A stretch of DNA of 60,484 nucleotides, the filler included, from Basidiobolus ranarum (lineage: Eukaryota), in NCBI GenBank assembly GCA_040143965.1. It is 13 parts of 13 records of this genome, joined end to end, with 100 filler letters (N's around TTAATTAATTAA, not from the genome) between each part and the next. Parts side by side here need not be neighbours in the genome. Positions count along the whole stretch, not along the records: positions 37,335 to 41,888 come from JASJQH010001917.1; positions 41,989 to 46,541 come from JASJQH010001918.1; positions 46,642 to 51,192 come from JASJQH010001919.1; positions 51,293 to 55,839 come from JASJQH010001920.1; 9 more parts are not named here. One strand, given 5' to 3'. This document shows positions 41,064 through 54,337 of this stretch, piece by piece; within the stretch, counting starts at the first letter, position 1; each line of letters begins with the position of its first letter. Below the pieces are notes generated by a model that was given only the letters and a program-made list of their open reading frames with translations, searched no databases and was not told the origin of the DNA. A program made the position numbers and the translations under genes.

Positions 41064-41888
41064 TGTTAAGAACATCTGTGGGAGTAAAATGAGCTATATT
41101 TGGGGCAATTTGGACAGGTTTGAAATTTCCAATATGGAATTGCTTATTCTCACATTATTTGCATATATACATAATATATGTTCCAATTTTCAGTTAAGTG
41201 ATGTTTCACTAAGTAATGTTAACTAACTTAAATTTGTTATATGAAATAGTTAGGTGTATAAAGATAGAGATAACAAATATGATAAAGACAATCAACTTCA
41301 ACACTCCCACTCAACTAAATATTTATATATCCTAATCCTAACTTAAATCTTAATTCTTCAAATTTTGGCTTGCATGGTGGTTTGGTAAGGATGTCAGCAA
41401 TCTTGTCCTCAGTTGGACAGTACCCCAGTTGGATGTGCTTATTCTCAATAGCTTCCCAACAAAGTGATGTGGAATATCAATGTGCTTACTTCTAGCATGA
41501 AATTTGGGATTTTTAGCTAAAGAAATACAACTTTGATTATCCTTAAAAATTACGGTTGGTGAACTTTGAAAAATGCCTGAGTGTTTAAACAGTATCCTTG
41601 ACCACATAGCCTCCTTTGTTGTATGTGATGCTGCCATGTACTCTGCTTCAGTTGTTGAAAGTGCTACAATGGGTTGTTTCTTGCTATTCCAAGATATGGC
41701 TGCTTCACTATAGAGGAATATATATCCAGAGATAGATCTTCTGTCCTCAATATCACCTCCCCAGTCTGCATCACTAAACCTGATTAGATCCTTATTATCA
41801 TAAGAATTTGTGTATATTATTCCACTATAATTTGTCCCGTTCAAATATTTCAAAATCTGCTTTACTGCTGCATATTGCTCCGATAATG
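41064..41888 (-). mobile_element. Copia RNase H, PPT and 3' LTR (family C, 41064-41303)
   Basis: FSDADWGGDIEDRRSISGY, VALSTTEAEYMA and FHARSKHIDI; AGTGGGAG PPT followed by TGTTGAAG...CTTAACA on the minus strand. Confidence 0.9.
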
Positions 41889-41988
41889 NNNNNNNNNNNN
41901 NNNNNNNNNNNNNNNNNNNNNNNNNNNNNNNNTTAATTAATTAANNNNNNNNNNNNNNNNNNNNNNNNNNNNNNNNNNNNNNNNNNNN

Positions 41989-42324
41989 AGTATTAATGAG
42001 ATTGACGCTTTATCCAAGCGGTTGACATTCCGTAAAGGCACAAGATCACGACATGGCAGTTTAATGGACGAGCTCTTTGACGACTACGATCTAGGAGAAT
42101 TCAACCTGGAGGAGCCCACAAGGGTACCTGAATTGGTCTCTAACGGCGATTCTACCTCAGATTCAGATACTGATGCTGCTAGCATGGCTAGCTCTAGTGC
42201 AAGCAGTATTATACGTGATGATTTTGTGTTATTCGCAAAGTCTCTACGTCGCAGGCAATACGCCGATGGTTTCAGTTCTGATTACTCTTTAACTTCACAC
42301 AGTAGTATAATTGCTTACGACTGA
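41989..42324 (+). CDS. 3' end of an unidentified host gene (acidic, Ser-rich tail)
   Basis: Frame is open from the contig start to a TGA, with gene-like CpG content; no recognisable domain. Confidence 0.5.
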   Translation, partial: SINEIDALSKRLTFRKGTRSRHGSLMDELFDDYDLGEFNLEEPTRVPELVSNGDSTSDSDTDAASMASSSASSIIRDDFVLFAKSLRRRQYADGFSSDYSLTSHSSIIAYD

Positions 42325-43769
42325 TATTGATGAACCTACCTTTAGTGATAGTCAGCTGTCTACTTTGTATTTATATCGCCTTTCGTGTCAGTCAATCGTT
42401 CTCCAACTTCATACTCCCTTCCCTAAATGTAACGAGTAATCGAAGTTGGATTTCTAGTAAATCCTCATCATTATGCAAATGCTTAGATACGAAAATAACT
42501 TTGCAAAAATGTGCATTCTACTCTCACTTGTCTAAAACTAACTCTAAACTCTTACTAAATTCAATAAAATCCAAAAAACTTAATATTTACCAGTCGAATG
42601 TGGTTCATTCGCGATAAAGTGATTTCCTTGGCGCATATGGACTAATAACCATCTGTGCTCCTCACGCAAGCGGTGGTTTTGTCATCGAAGCAGATTTCAC
42701 TTTTTAATTACGAATTAATCATATTACACAGTGATTACAGTTAAGGGAACGATCACATTCAGGGCGAAATCCAGGAGATGCCTACAAATGAATTCTATAG
42801 CCAGACGCACGAGACGTCAGATATCTTTCATTGGATTGGCATCAAAGATCACCATGTCAATTGCTTTCCATCCCCCCAATAGTAGTGAAAAGTACCTTCT
42901 GATAGGTGGATACTCTTTATAAGGCCTTTTCATTAGTGAATGCATCAATAATCTTTTACTTAGTCGTATGGACATAGTACGTTCCACTCTGTAGTCGTCC
43001 TATAGGCTTGAGCTGTTGAAAGAACATGACTCAAAACATTACAGTGAAGAATCAGAGATTTCATGTAATAGTTGTCAAGTATGTGAAGTGCTCATATTGA
43101 ACAGTGTGCAGATGAAACAAGCTATGGCCAATCAAGTGGCATCGATGATGTTTTAACATCCCCTGAGAGCTCTGACATTTGAGTATTGGAATAACATGTG
43201 AAATAGGAGACTCTGGCTGTGAAGTGGGCAAAATGAAACATAAGGTACAATTTCGAGGCACATGTCGTTATACATGTCACTTCCAGATCAATAAAATATA
43301 TCCCGAATTTCCCTGAAATAATTCAATACGTAACAATGAGAGAATAGGAGAATTATCTCAGTGCTAGTGAGTTCTAAGATAACCTAGAGAAACTCTGGCT
43401 CGTCATAATGCAGTTATGTGTAGCCTCAAGCACACCTAATTATAATGAAGCCTAGGATCAAATAATTCGCCTCCCCCTTCTCGTGAAATGGACTTACAGG
43501 TGCTTGCTGTGGATTAACTTCCATTGTTTTGGCAGAAAATGATGCATTTTACATGAGACATCTCTTCATACAACTCAGAGATATAAAAGTGAGGTGCGGC
43601 GATGCGTATATGTCAAAAAGTCTAAAACTAATACACAATAATCTACCGCGCATACTCTTATTTCCTTGAAGAAGCCATTGATTGACTGCTAGAAATAACT
43701 CCTAAGTTACATTTGCTTCTTGACCAACTAAAGGACACCTTTTACTAATACCATAGCTAAATCCTAAGA

Positions 43770-44369
43770 ATGCCGATCACAAACATTGATCAACAACCTT
43801 TCGCTGATTCGGCAAAGACAAAGATTGCCAGATCAATCGGTGCCACCCAGCCTTTATTTTCAGAGGCACTAATTACTGAGTCAATTCTGTCAGAACTACC
43901 TGCTGGATATATAATTCGCCCATTAATAACGGCGGATTTTGAGCGTGGGTTCATAGACTGTCTTGCTCAATTAACGGATGTTGGAGAAATGGATCGAACA
44001 CGCTTCATTCAGACTTTCACTCGAATGCAGCTAAGTGGTGACTACTACGTGATCGTTATAGAAGAGTTAGAAACGTCCAAGGTAGTCGGTTGTGGAACAT
44101 TGCTCCGTGAGCTTTAGTTCATTCGTTCTTGCTCTAAAGCTTCCCACATCGAAGATATTGTAGTTGATGAATCTCAAAGAGGAAAGAAGTTTGGACTACG
44201 CATCATTCAAGCTTTGATGGAATTAAGCGAAGTCCTGGGATGCTATAAAGTCATATTAAATTGTACTGCAGAAAACGTCCCATTTTATGAAAAGTGTGGA
44301 CTTACCCTGAAAGATTCCCAAATGGTGAAGTATCACAAGCAAAATTCCTTCAATGGGCCTGCTAAATAA
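43770..44369 (+). pseudogene. GNA1: Glucosamine-6-phosphate N-acetyltransferase with one in-frame TAG (44115-44117)
   Basis: LPAGYIIRPL..DFERGF..L.QLT.VG...VVGCGTLLREL*FIRSC...HIEDIVVDESQRGKKFG...GCYKVILNC...NVPFYEKCG, all in one frame. Confidence 0.85.
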
Positions 44370-45704
44370 TAGTCAGCAATATACCAATAGCTGGGACTGG
44401 TTACAGTTAGGAATCGACTTTTACTTTGTCTTATATTCTCAGTAGTTCGTATTATTATCTCAAGATAGACTATAGACCTGCCTGAGTTGGAGGGTTTGGT
44501 GTAAAGTAAATAAAGTATCGAGTCCACCCAGACTAAGCGTGATCATCAATTGTTTGTTAAAGGACTAAGGTGACATCCAACATTGACTTATCTTGATTAA
44601 GGTTATATTACTATCCCACATGGTCCTAAATTTACTTGGATAGAAATGTGTCCGCTCAAAGACTATGAGGTGATTTTGCAATACTGCGCTAAAGAGATTG
44701 TGAAGTTGCCTCGAAAGAATTTCTTTGCTTTGAGAATTTGAATATATACAAAACTATAAAAGCAATGGGACACTTGGGACATGATTTTACCTGTAAAAGC
44801 TACCTACTCTTCGGTCTTTGCTACAAAGTGAAAATTTTTGTAGTCTTGAAGGTTCAATTTCAACAGGCCTGAAAATCGTCTCTACTAGAGATGCTTTATC
44901 TGGAACTGCCAAACTTATGCACTGCTTGGAATGAGGGAAATCCTATTGGCTTTGCTAAGCCTGTATATAATTAGATTGAACAAGATTCTACCCAGTAATT
45001 GGACGCTGTTGTATGAAGAGTAGTAGTGCAAAATTGGAAAAGTCAAGCATGAAGGAGAGTATTCTTTATTAAAATAGCAACTTTACACGCAAATATACTA
45101 AAAATCAAGTTGATTGAATGGAGCGGCATATTAACATATTTTGATACCCAAAACTGTTTATACGGATTGCAATCAATCACTATCTCAACAAATAACTTGA
45201 AACTTTGACATGCAATTCTGTACTCATTTGGCACTTTCAACAACAACTTCCCTATTCAAAATCTTAGTTGCTGCATAGATATTACACTAACAATAGATAC
45301 AAATATGGATTTTGAAATACAAATATATTCCAGCTTTCCAGGCATTAAGCAAACTGAATGCTAGTGGTAGGAATGACAAGAAACGTAATTTTTGAGTTTA
45401 TATATATGTACACTGAATATATATTCCAATTCTTTGCTAAATGATATTTGACAAAATAATATCAGCATACTTCAATGTTGTTATAGGGACCTAACTCTGT
45501 AAGAGGTGAAGCATCTATTCTTGGACAGGTCACTATCCCACTATCTAGAGTAATTGTACTCAAATCTTGGTGGAGGTAAAATAAACAATCCAGCATTATA
45601 TTTGCATAGCCTTGGGACTTTGAATGAATCTCTACCAATTACTGTATAATTCACAGAGAAATTGCTTACTACACAATATAATCTTAAGTTTACACTCAAA
45701 TTAT

Positions 45705-46034
45705 TGTGGAAATTTGTATTGCCAAAACACCGATGTGGCAATTTATAGCATAGTACTTAGTTACCTTATATTTCACTAAGATATAACTCATTTTTCTCAG
45801 TCAGAATTTAGTTAGTTCTCAGATATATAGATTTTCCAAGCTTGTACTGGAAGCTCCAAGCTCTGCACATATATTCCTGTGATCTTCCTTACCTTAGCAC
45901 AATCTACATGTTGGCTTGGTTATATCTTTACAAAACTTTAAATCTCAAGTTTTGACCTAGTAATCTGTAATTGAAAACCACTAATTTCTCTATTTCTCCA
46001 AACACGTTCTGACAGGCTTTCAAAATACTTAATA
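45705..46034 (+). repeat. Degenerate solo LTR, family B
   Basis: TGTGGAAATT...TTATATTTCACTAAGATAT...GAAAACCAC...AAATACTTAATA; homologous to 53421-53767. Confidence 0.7.
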
Positions 46035-46174
46035 TATACATGGTAGGCACATTTGATCAAATTCATCCAATCAACTTAAGTTGCACATACATCATATGAC
46101 TGCTTAGCTGCTCTTGGAGAGAGTGCACATGACTAAGAAGAAATAAGAACAATTCCTATTTCAAGAATTATATC

Positions 46175-46358
46175 TGTTAAAGTATTTGGGAGCCTATTGG
46201 AAGTGGTTTGGAAAATTAGAGTAATTGGTGGTTTTCACTTATTGATTTATTGAGTTGAAAGTTGACATTGATAATTTTGTCATGATGTAAACAAACTAAC
46301 AAGTAGAATGTGTTAAGAAAGGCCCCAGGAACAAGTGTACAAAGTTTGGGGCTTTTAG
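46175..46358 (-). repeat. Partial LTR, family B; interrupted at 46359 by another TGTTGAAA-starting sequence
   Basis: TGTTAAAGTATTTGGGAGCCTATTGGAAGTGG matches 54101 onward. Confidence 0.8.
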
Positions 46359-46727
46359 TGTTGAAAGTCTGGTGACTTGTCGTACAAGCAGTAATTCCCA
46401 AAGAGGAAAATATGGAGTATGGTGACTGAATCTGAACACAAAGTCTAAGGCCAATCAGTTGCTTGTATAGCTGATATGCCAAAGTACCATACATTGACAG
46501 ACTAGGTGAAGGTTCCCTAGCAATATAGGCATAGCATACAANNNNNNNNNNNNNNNNNNNNNNNNNNNNNNNNNNNNNNNNNNNNTTAATTAATTAANNN
46601 NNNNNNNNNNNNNNNNNNNNNNNNNNNNNNNNNNNNNNNNNCCTTTGGCACAAGGTGAGCCATGGAAAGTGTATCGAGAGAAATGCTGTTGTATAGATTG
46701 AATGTATCAAGAGGTGAATGTACATAC

Positions 46728-47359
46728 CAGAGGCATATTCAATGATGATACCGATATATTTATCAGTCTCTATCACTTCAAATAATCTGACAATATTAGG
46801 GTGATCCAACGACTATTTAGGAAGAAAATATCACGCATTAGGAAAAGTGGTTATATAGATAGTTTCAATTGTACTTAAATTGGGAATATCTCAATGAATG
46901 CATAGATCAAACACACATATGGTAAAATTGGGGATATATTCGTAGATTGGTGCAACTTACTCTAAGAACAGTGATTTCTCGTTTGATTTTGGCCATTCTA
47001 CTTTCAGAGTCAACGTTTGCCTTTTTGATAAGCTTTATAGCCACCTATACCAAAAATGGATTTAGTTTTAAGTAGAAGAATAGGGGGCTCTTCTATTCTA
47101 TTTTGATAAGGAAACATACCTCTTGTCCAGATTGAGCATGAATTCCTAGTTTAACTTTGGCAAATTCACCTTCTCCTAACGTTTGTAAAACTACATATGG
47201 GCCAAACATAGGACCAGGTCTGCGGTGATGTTTGAATTGTGAGTGACCTGGAAGGTTCATCGGCGCCATCATAGAAGCAGGCACTGACATATGTCTGGAA
47301 CGGACATCCCGTGTTGCGGGTACTGGCGCTTCGTTGTAGTACATTGTAGGTGGTGACAT
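46728..47359 (-). CDS. 5' part of a Kin4/Ppk1-like CAMK Ser/Thr kinase; exons 47120-47359, 46961-47044, 46728-46812; truncated by contig end
   Basis: [29 protein letters not shown]...[39 protein letters not shown] with GT-AG introns. Confidence 0.88.
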
Positions 47360-50300
47360 GGAATTATGGTGTATATTATCAAACGGTTCACTGGTATAGT
47401 GATGGTTAGACTTTCTTATAGTAAAACGGTTCAGTAGATATGAAGCCTTTAACGATAAATATTAGTCTGCTTGCAGTGAGTAAACAGTGTAGCACGGAGA
47501 TTACTCAGAGTTTTTGAGAATAAAAGTTAGGTTTAAGTCTAAATGGAAGAAAAGAATAAAGGTTTTGTGACTCTATGTGCGAACGTGTGTGTATACTAAA
47601 CAAAACTGAGATAAAAGAAGGGAGATATAAAACTGGATATGTATGGCTTTAATAGTAATTATGTTGACCCCAAGGAAGCTGCAATAATGCAAAAAATTAA
47701 AGCAGTGAAATAATGAGAATCTAAGGTCAAGTTGCGTATCAGTAAGGGGAACGATAAAGAAGATAGAAACGGCAGCAAGACCCACAGGATATAGTTCACC
47801 TCTAAACACCTGCGCAATAAGCCCAGAGATAAATCCAAATATAGGGACCAGGAGAATCAGCTGGCGAATAGGATTCCTTACAATTGAATTCAATAAATTA
47901 TATAACTGGTTATGCACTAAATTAGGGGGCCAATGCTTTGAAATGTGCTCGGAGTTGAGTAGGTAAACAGCATTTGTGGCATTTAATCTGGCAGATATTT
48001 ACCGAAACCCTCGTCTGCATTCCTTTACATCACAATTCTATTTGTCGACACTTCATCAACAATCAAACCAAGGATATGCCAGATACATGCTGGATACACA
48101 TGGTCGCAATTATCCAAGCATTATCTACCAAGCGTGTCGCAACAATACGCATCGCAGCAAACAATGCGGCTGCACGCAAACACTCTCACAATGGAAAACA
48201 AGCAACGCTAGAGTATGTTCTGAATGGAGCTTTATCGAACAGTGCGTTGTGTAAAATTGGTTGTTGAGGACAATGTTGAACAAATTACTGACCAACTCAT
48301 CAACCAATGATCCCTGCCATTGCCATCTAATCAAAGGACTGGGTTTGACTATTTTTGGTAATGCGCACATTACTCATTTACAGCCCATCAACTTAATCGC
48401 CTATTTCTAATAACATGTGTTACGCTTTTCCTGCTACTGACTTGCCTAGCTGAGAGTCTGGAAGATCTGTATCCTCTAAAAGTATTTCGTCTCTATTTAA
48501 TAAGATCCAGTGGGTTGATTGGTTGATGTAGATTACATCAAATAAATCGTTGCAGGAGTGCCCTAAAACTTGTCCTAGAACTTGGATCCGATAGACACTC
48601 ATTACAGCAATCCTACGGCAGTGGCTAAGACCTTTGTAAGCACTCATTTGCCACAACCACAAATGATAGCGGGAAAGGGTGCTTTGGAGTTGTTTGTGTT
48701 CTATTGGTCCAGGTTCTCCTATCACCAAATACAGCGCGCATCATGTCGATGTTAAACCAACTCGGTACCCTCAGTTCGCCACAAATAATATTCCACCACC
48801 ACCTCATCCTTGCCTGAGAAAAGAGAGTTGGTGACAATTGCATGCATATCACTGGAGACAGGGGCAATCTATGAGTGACATGACACGATTAATCTGAAGT
48901 CAACTGAATGTGAGTATGGATATACATATTTGTCAAGAATTAGCACTAAGCATAGCCCCAAATAAGAGGCTCAATGCTAGTGTTGTGGATTGAAAGTCTG
49001 GGTGGAGGTTGCTGCAAAAAGCAATAAGGCGTAGATATCCCAGTATATAATTCGTAAAGACGCCCAAAGTTTAATTCAAACATAGTAGAGGTTTCTTATC
49101 TGCGTAATTCATCATGACATTAGTTTATCTATCTGTTGTCATTTAACGAATAACCCTCTGCCTGATCATATTCATGATTATGCCAAGTACAACTGGTTTC
49201 TGGATAATCTTGTGCGTAGATATGTGCAGACTTCACAATGGAAATGTTCTACCAAGCCTCTAATATTGGCTAATCCGTGACAGACTTTGTTATAACTGGT
49301 CACACGTATTACAGATCGATTCATATACAGTCAATCTCAGATGAAGGAAAACCTATCTGACACGTAGATAAATGATTATGCATTTCAAAAAGTCGTTCAC
49401 TTTTTCAAAAGTGTGTCAAGAAACTTGTCAAAAAATGGCTGTTTTACACGTCCATCAAAGTAGATACGAAATTGCTTCTAAATTTTTGACTGAAGCGCCT
49501 TACACCAACGTTCTTGGCTCTCTCACTGACCCTTTAAAATCTGACATTAGTGATTTCACTATCATCTTTGACTCAACCAAGACGCCTATATAAGCAGTCA
49601 TATCCTTCAAAAATGAACTTTCTCATTCGATTAGTTGGACTACACAGACAACAGAAATGTGTATTAGTAATTTAAAGCAAAATGATGTGGCAATATCTAG
49701 AGTTTGTGGTCAGGAAATACAGGTCCCGAATTTAGTCGAATTTTCAGTAAAATAGCATGGTGGCTGACGAGGCTATAATATTCTACGGACGCACTATTAT
49801 TCTACTAACCTCCAATAGGCCGGAGTTAGAAGAATGAGAAGGGCTAAAGACATCGATTGGATTACTTGAGCCGTTCTTTTCAGAAAGTCAATTGCAAACC
49901 GGAACGAAAATGATAGCGAAGACAAGTATATAAGGCAATACGAATATAGGAAACTCATTTAGGGGCTGGCATCTATATCAATCGAGCGAATGCATTCTAT
50001 ATTTTCGAGGGCAAGGCATACTTTTGCGTAATAGTTAGTATAAGAGCTCACTCTTGAAAAAATTCCTACTATCATGGTTAAACGCTGTTACTTAATGCTA
50101 CTAGTCAAGGTGTTGATGTGATAGGATATATGCTTTCTGATTGATTTTCATGACGTCGCTAATATATATGCATATCCCTTTTTTGAGTACAGTATTAAAC
50201 TCGACATTAATGAGAGTAGCTACTCTATTCCAGAATTACTACCAATAAGGGCTTAGCTTAGAGAGCATCTTCGGAATGCTAGTCTAATAATTCTCTAAAA

Positions 50301-52944
50301 TTGACTTTAGTAGATAGAATTATCTGAATATGGTTTGAGTAGATAAGAGTGTTGAGTATCATAATAACATATCTACCTCCATTAGGGTAAGTGTAGTCCT
50401 GAACAATGTCCCATTTTTAAACGAATGGAATCACAGCCCTATGCAATGAGGTGTTTCCATGTGTAGATTCTTAACTTTCTTCTTTAGTACCCTTGCTTCA
50501 AGTTCTATGGTAAAACTGACTTGCTGAATTGAATGCAATTATGGTTGAATATTCACACTTTATTCACACCGCCATTTTAGGAGGTTTAGCAGTAATAAAT
50601 TAAGTTTCATCAGATCGATGCTCTGAGAAATTTGGACTTCAGAACAATCACTGAGTTTTAAAATTACATCATTAAATCGTCAACCAATAGAATTTTGGGG
50701 GGTCACTACCCCACTATCCAAAACAAAAGGTAATTACGGTTATCAAAATACGTCAATACGGAGAACTGCTGGATAAAACAAAATCACAATAAGATGGTTA
50801 CTTCGTGTGATGAATGATGTATTTATTAGCTAATCTATCACATCTAGAAACAGTTGTTTGTTCATTGTTTGCAGGAAGACTCCTTCTGTACTATTTTCTC
50901 ACACGCGCCACCTACGCTGGTCACTCTGAAATCTCGCTCCATCCCTTTCTCGTTCACATAAAAGGCGTATATCTTAATACCACCAATCAGCTTGTCAATT
51001 GATGCTACATCGACATCGCGCTTCTTGACTGTTAAATTCACGATACGAATGAAGTAATTATTGATGGACTTATCCAAACTCAAAATTCGGCTTAGTAAAA
51101 CTCCGATTACAGTGAGTAATATCAGTTTATCGCTTCGGCACGGTTGATATATGTACCTCTCGCAAAGTTCAAATCTCGACCGCTCTAGATTCNNNNNNNN
51201 NNNNNNNNNNNNNNNNNNNNNNNNNNNNNNNNNNNNTTAATTAATTAANNNNNNNNNNNNNNNNNNNNNNNNNNNNNNNNNNNNNNNNNNNNTAACACCG
51301 CTCTGGGGGCCCGCTTAATCAAAAATAATGAGGAGTAACCACGATTACCGGTTGTAACTACAACTTATTCGAGACTCGGATTTAAATAAACATATTGGGA
51401 AATAGATTGCTGGGATTACTCCATAAGGAAAGTCAGCAGTTTGATCTCTGTAACACTGCTAATTCATATATAATGAAGTTCATGTTACAGATAAAAGCTA
51501 TCGATCAAGAATTAATTGATCGATCATGTAACGACTTTTCACCAACCATCAATCTTTTCTTTTTTTGCCACTGAGAAATTCATGGGATTTTCTCATTTTG
51601 GTTTTAATCCAATGATATTTAAAGCTATTTGTGGAACCTGTCAAGTACTCTATCCAAAACTATCTACATGTGGATATTTTATGAAGGGATTCATGGTTTT
51701 AAATATATTATCTTCATCTAGGCGTGACCAATAGAAGTCGGATATTCCACATCGACTGAGCCAAATGGGGAAATAGACCACTGCCGAATTTCCATAGTAG
51801 TCGAGGTAGTATTTCCTGGAGGAATGTGATCGAGGCAATGGTATATGAGTCAGAAAATGAACTCGTTCTATAGGAGTCCGGATTCTTTTATCCTTGATTT
51901 CCAATGGCCAATTGTTAATTAGGTGGGGCGAGGAAAGTAGGGAAATTACTAATGATGATTAGCTATAAGTGAAGGATTAAGACTCCTGACACAATTGGTT
52001 ACTTGGGATTACTAAAAGGTTCCACATTGTTCATAATTCATAGTGCAGTTAATTTGGAATATCACATGATACCTTGTCATCGCACTGTTGACTCACCTGC
52101 CTGGGCAGTCAGATGTACTGACGACAGTAAGGGTGTAGCTGAATTCGAGTTCACCTTCACGCTGAACCTGGTATGATTTAACTAACCAGAACGTTCACTG
52201 GTTTCCAGCTCATCACATTCTTGAAGTTGTTTCAATGGAAACTCGTCAGCATACATTCCATTTGCCTGATTTTAGTTAGCAATCATTTATACACATATAT
52301 TTGTTTCCATTTGGATGATTTCAAGTCATAGTACTGATTGGATATTGTTAGTAAGTGTAATTTTCAGATATATGTAGTTACAATGCTTTTTTTAGAATCG
52401 CCCAATATTTTCGGGAGGGATGAACAGGCCATGCATTTTAGAGCAAATACGGTAATTAATATCCATAATAATACCGTTAACAAATACGTGAATCTAAAAT
52501 CATTATGTAATCGTTTGCTTACAGTAGAGATACTGCAGGGTAAAGCCTGCGACATTTAAGCAATCACCTTTTACCGCAATTCTTCTCATTGAACCAAATC
52601 TAGATTTACTCATGGTGAATCTTCTTTACTGATGAAAAGGCTTAGCAGTGGATTGCTTTTTGTAAATTTCGTCACTTCTGCGCAAGTTGTGGTGTGAAGA
52701 TTCCATTGTAATGCTCCCATATATAATCCAATATTTATACCGAAACAGAAAACTCCAACTAATTGACTTTTCCTCAAAAAGTGAGAATCTAATTCTATGC
52801 ACTCAATATATGCCTTTTCAAATATCTTGAGAATAAGTACTTTACTTTCAACATACTACAACTAGCAGAATACTTCATATTTAGAAACACAGAATATACC
52901 ATAACTATTGGCTCATATTGACCTACCAATGTTTTTATCCCCCC

Positions 52945-53292
52945 TGTTGAAGTATTTTGAGAGTTTGTTGGAAGTGGTTTGGATGATTGGAGGAATTGGT
53001 GGTTTTCACTTGTTGGTTTATTGAGTATTCAGTTCACATTTATAGTTTAGTCAAGAAGTAAGCAAAATAGTGTGTAGAATGTGCTAAGAAAGGCCCCAGG
53101 ACTCTGTGTGCAAAGTTTGGGGCTTCTAGCACAAGTTTAAAAAATCTATATATCTGAGAACTTCTAAGTTGGTAAAGGCATCCTAAGTAAATCCAATATT
53201 GAATATTGGGTGATATCTTAGTGAAATATAAGATTACTAAATATTAAGCTACATATGACTATACAGGTGTTTAGGTAATGCTAATTTCAACA
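52945..53292 (-). repeat. Solo LTR, family B
   Basis: Reverse complement of 53421-53767; TG...CA ends. Confidence 0.85.
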
Positions 53293-53420
53293 GGAAGTGT
53301 TGGATAATAAATCTTTATTCCACATCTTAGTTAACTTTAGTTATGATACATATATCAGAAACAGAAAGCAACATATCAATTGCCCCTATATTCTAAATAG
53401 GAATATCTCTATATCTATAT

Positions 53421-53767
53421 TGTTGAAATTAGCATTACCTAAACACCTGTATAGTCATATGTAGCTTAATATTTAGTAATCTTATATTTCACTAAGATAT
53501 TATCCATTATTCTCAATTGGAATTAATTAAAATATAGACCACAACTTAGAAGTTCTCCACTATATAGATTTTGCTAACTTGAGCTAGAAGCTCCAAACTT
53601 TGCACACAAGTTTGTGAGACCTTTCTTAACACCTTCTACATATTAGTTTGTTTATATCTTGAAAAAACTATAAATGTCAACTGAATACTCAACAAATCAA
53701 TAAGTGAAAACCACCAATTTCTCTAATTCTCCAAACCACTTCCAACAGGCTCCCAAATACTTTAACA
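53421..53767 (+). repeat. Solo LTR, family B, with 5-bp TSD TATAT
   Basis: TGTTGAAA...TTTAACA flanked by TATAT on both sides. Confidence 0.9.
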
Positions 53768-54100
53768 TATATGATATATGTATATCTTATTACCCCCACT
53801 TATCTACAATATCTTATTACACCAACTCCTGAATATCTCAACAATTGATTTACTAAAAGACACCATATTCTCTTAAGAATAAAGGGACCAACAAACACTA
53901 TCATAAGTTGCCTCTAATGTACAAAGTCTACCCCACTATGTCAAGATCCTCCAACAGAAAGTTATAAGCATGGATTATTTGGAAGGTGGAGAAGAGTATT
54001 TTAAAAGTTTTTCACAAGTTCAAGACTTTGCCTTTACTCAATATTTCTAAGCAATATCCAAGATATTCACATATTATCACTTAAATCAATAGGTAATATA

Positions 54101-54337
54101 TGTTAAAGTATTTGGGAGCCTGTTGGAAGTGGTTTGGAGAATTAGAGAAATTGGTGGTTTTTCACGTATTGATTATTGAGTAGAAAGTTGACATATATAG
54201 TTTTGTCAAGATGTAAATAAACTAATGTGTAGAATGTGTTAAAAAAGATCCCAGGAGCATGTGTGCAAAGTTTGGGGCTTCTAGCACAAGTTTGAAAATA
54301 TGACTATATAGGTGTTTAGGCAATGCTAATTTCAACA
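54101..54337 (-). repeat. Solo LTR, family B, internally deleted
   Basis: Both termini intact; about 110 bp of the interior is missing. Confidence 0.85.

Noticed and set aside
44115-44117. Genome-wide TAG reassignment, or an intron removing the GNA1 stop
   Set aside because: PPZ terminates normally at TAG and other host genes have no internal TAG. Using TTTAG as an acceptor would delete conserved residues.
47500-52900. Short ORFs in contigs 11-12 (e.g. 47974-48267, 48420-48728, 51650-51904)
   Set aside because: No recognisable domains or consistent splice model; may be relics but cannot be supported.
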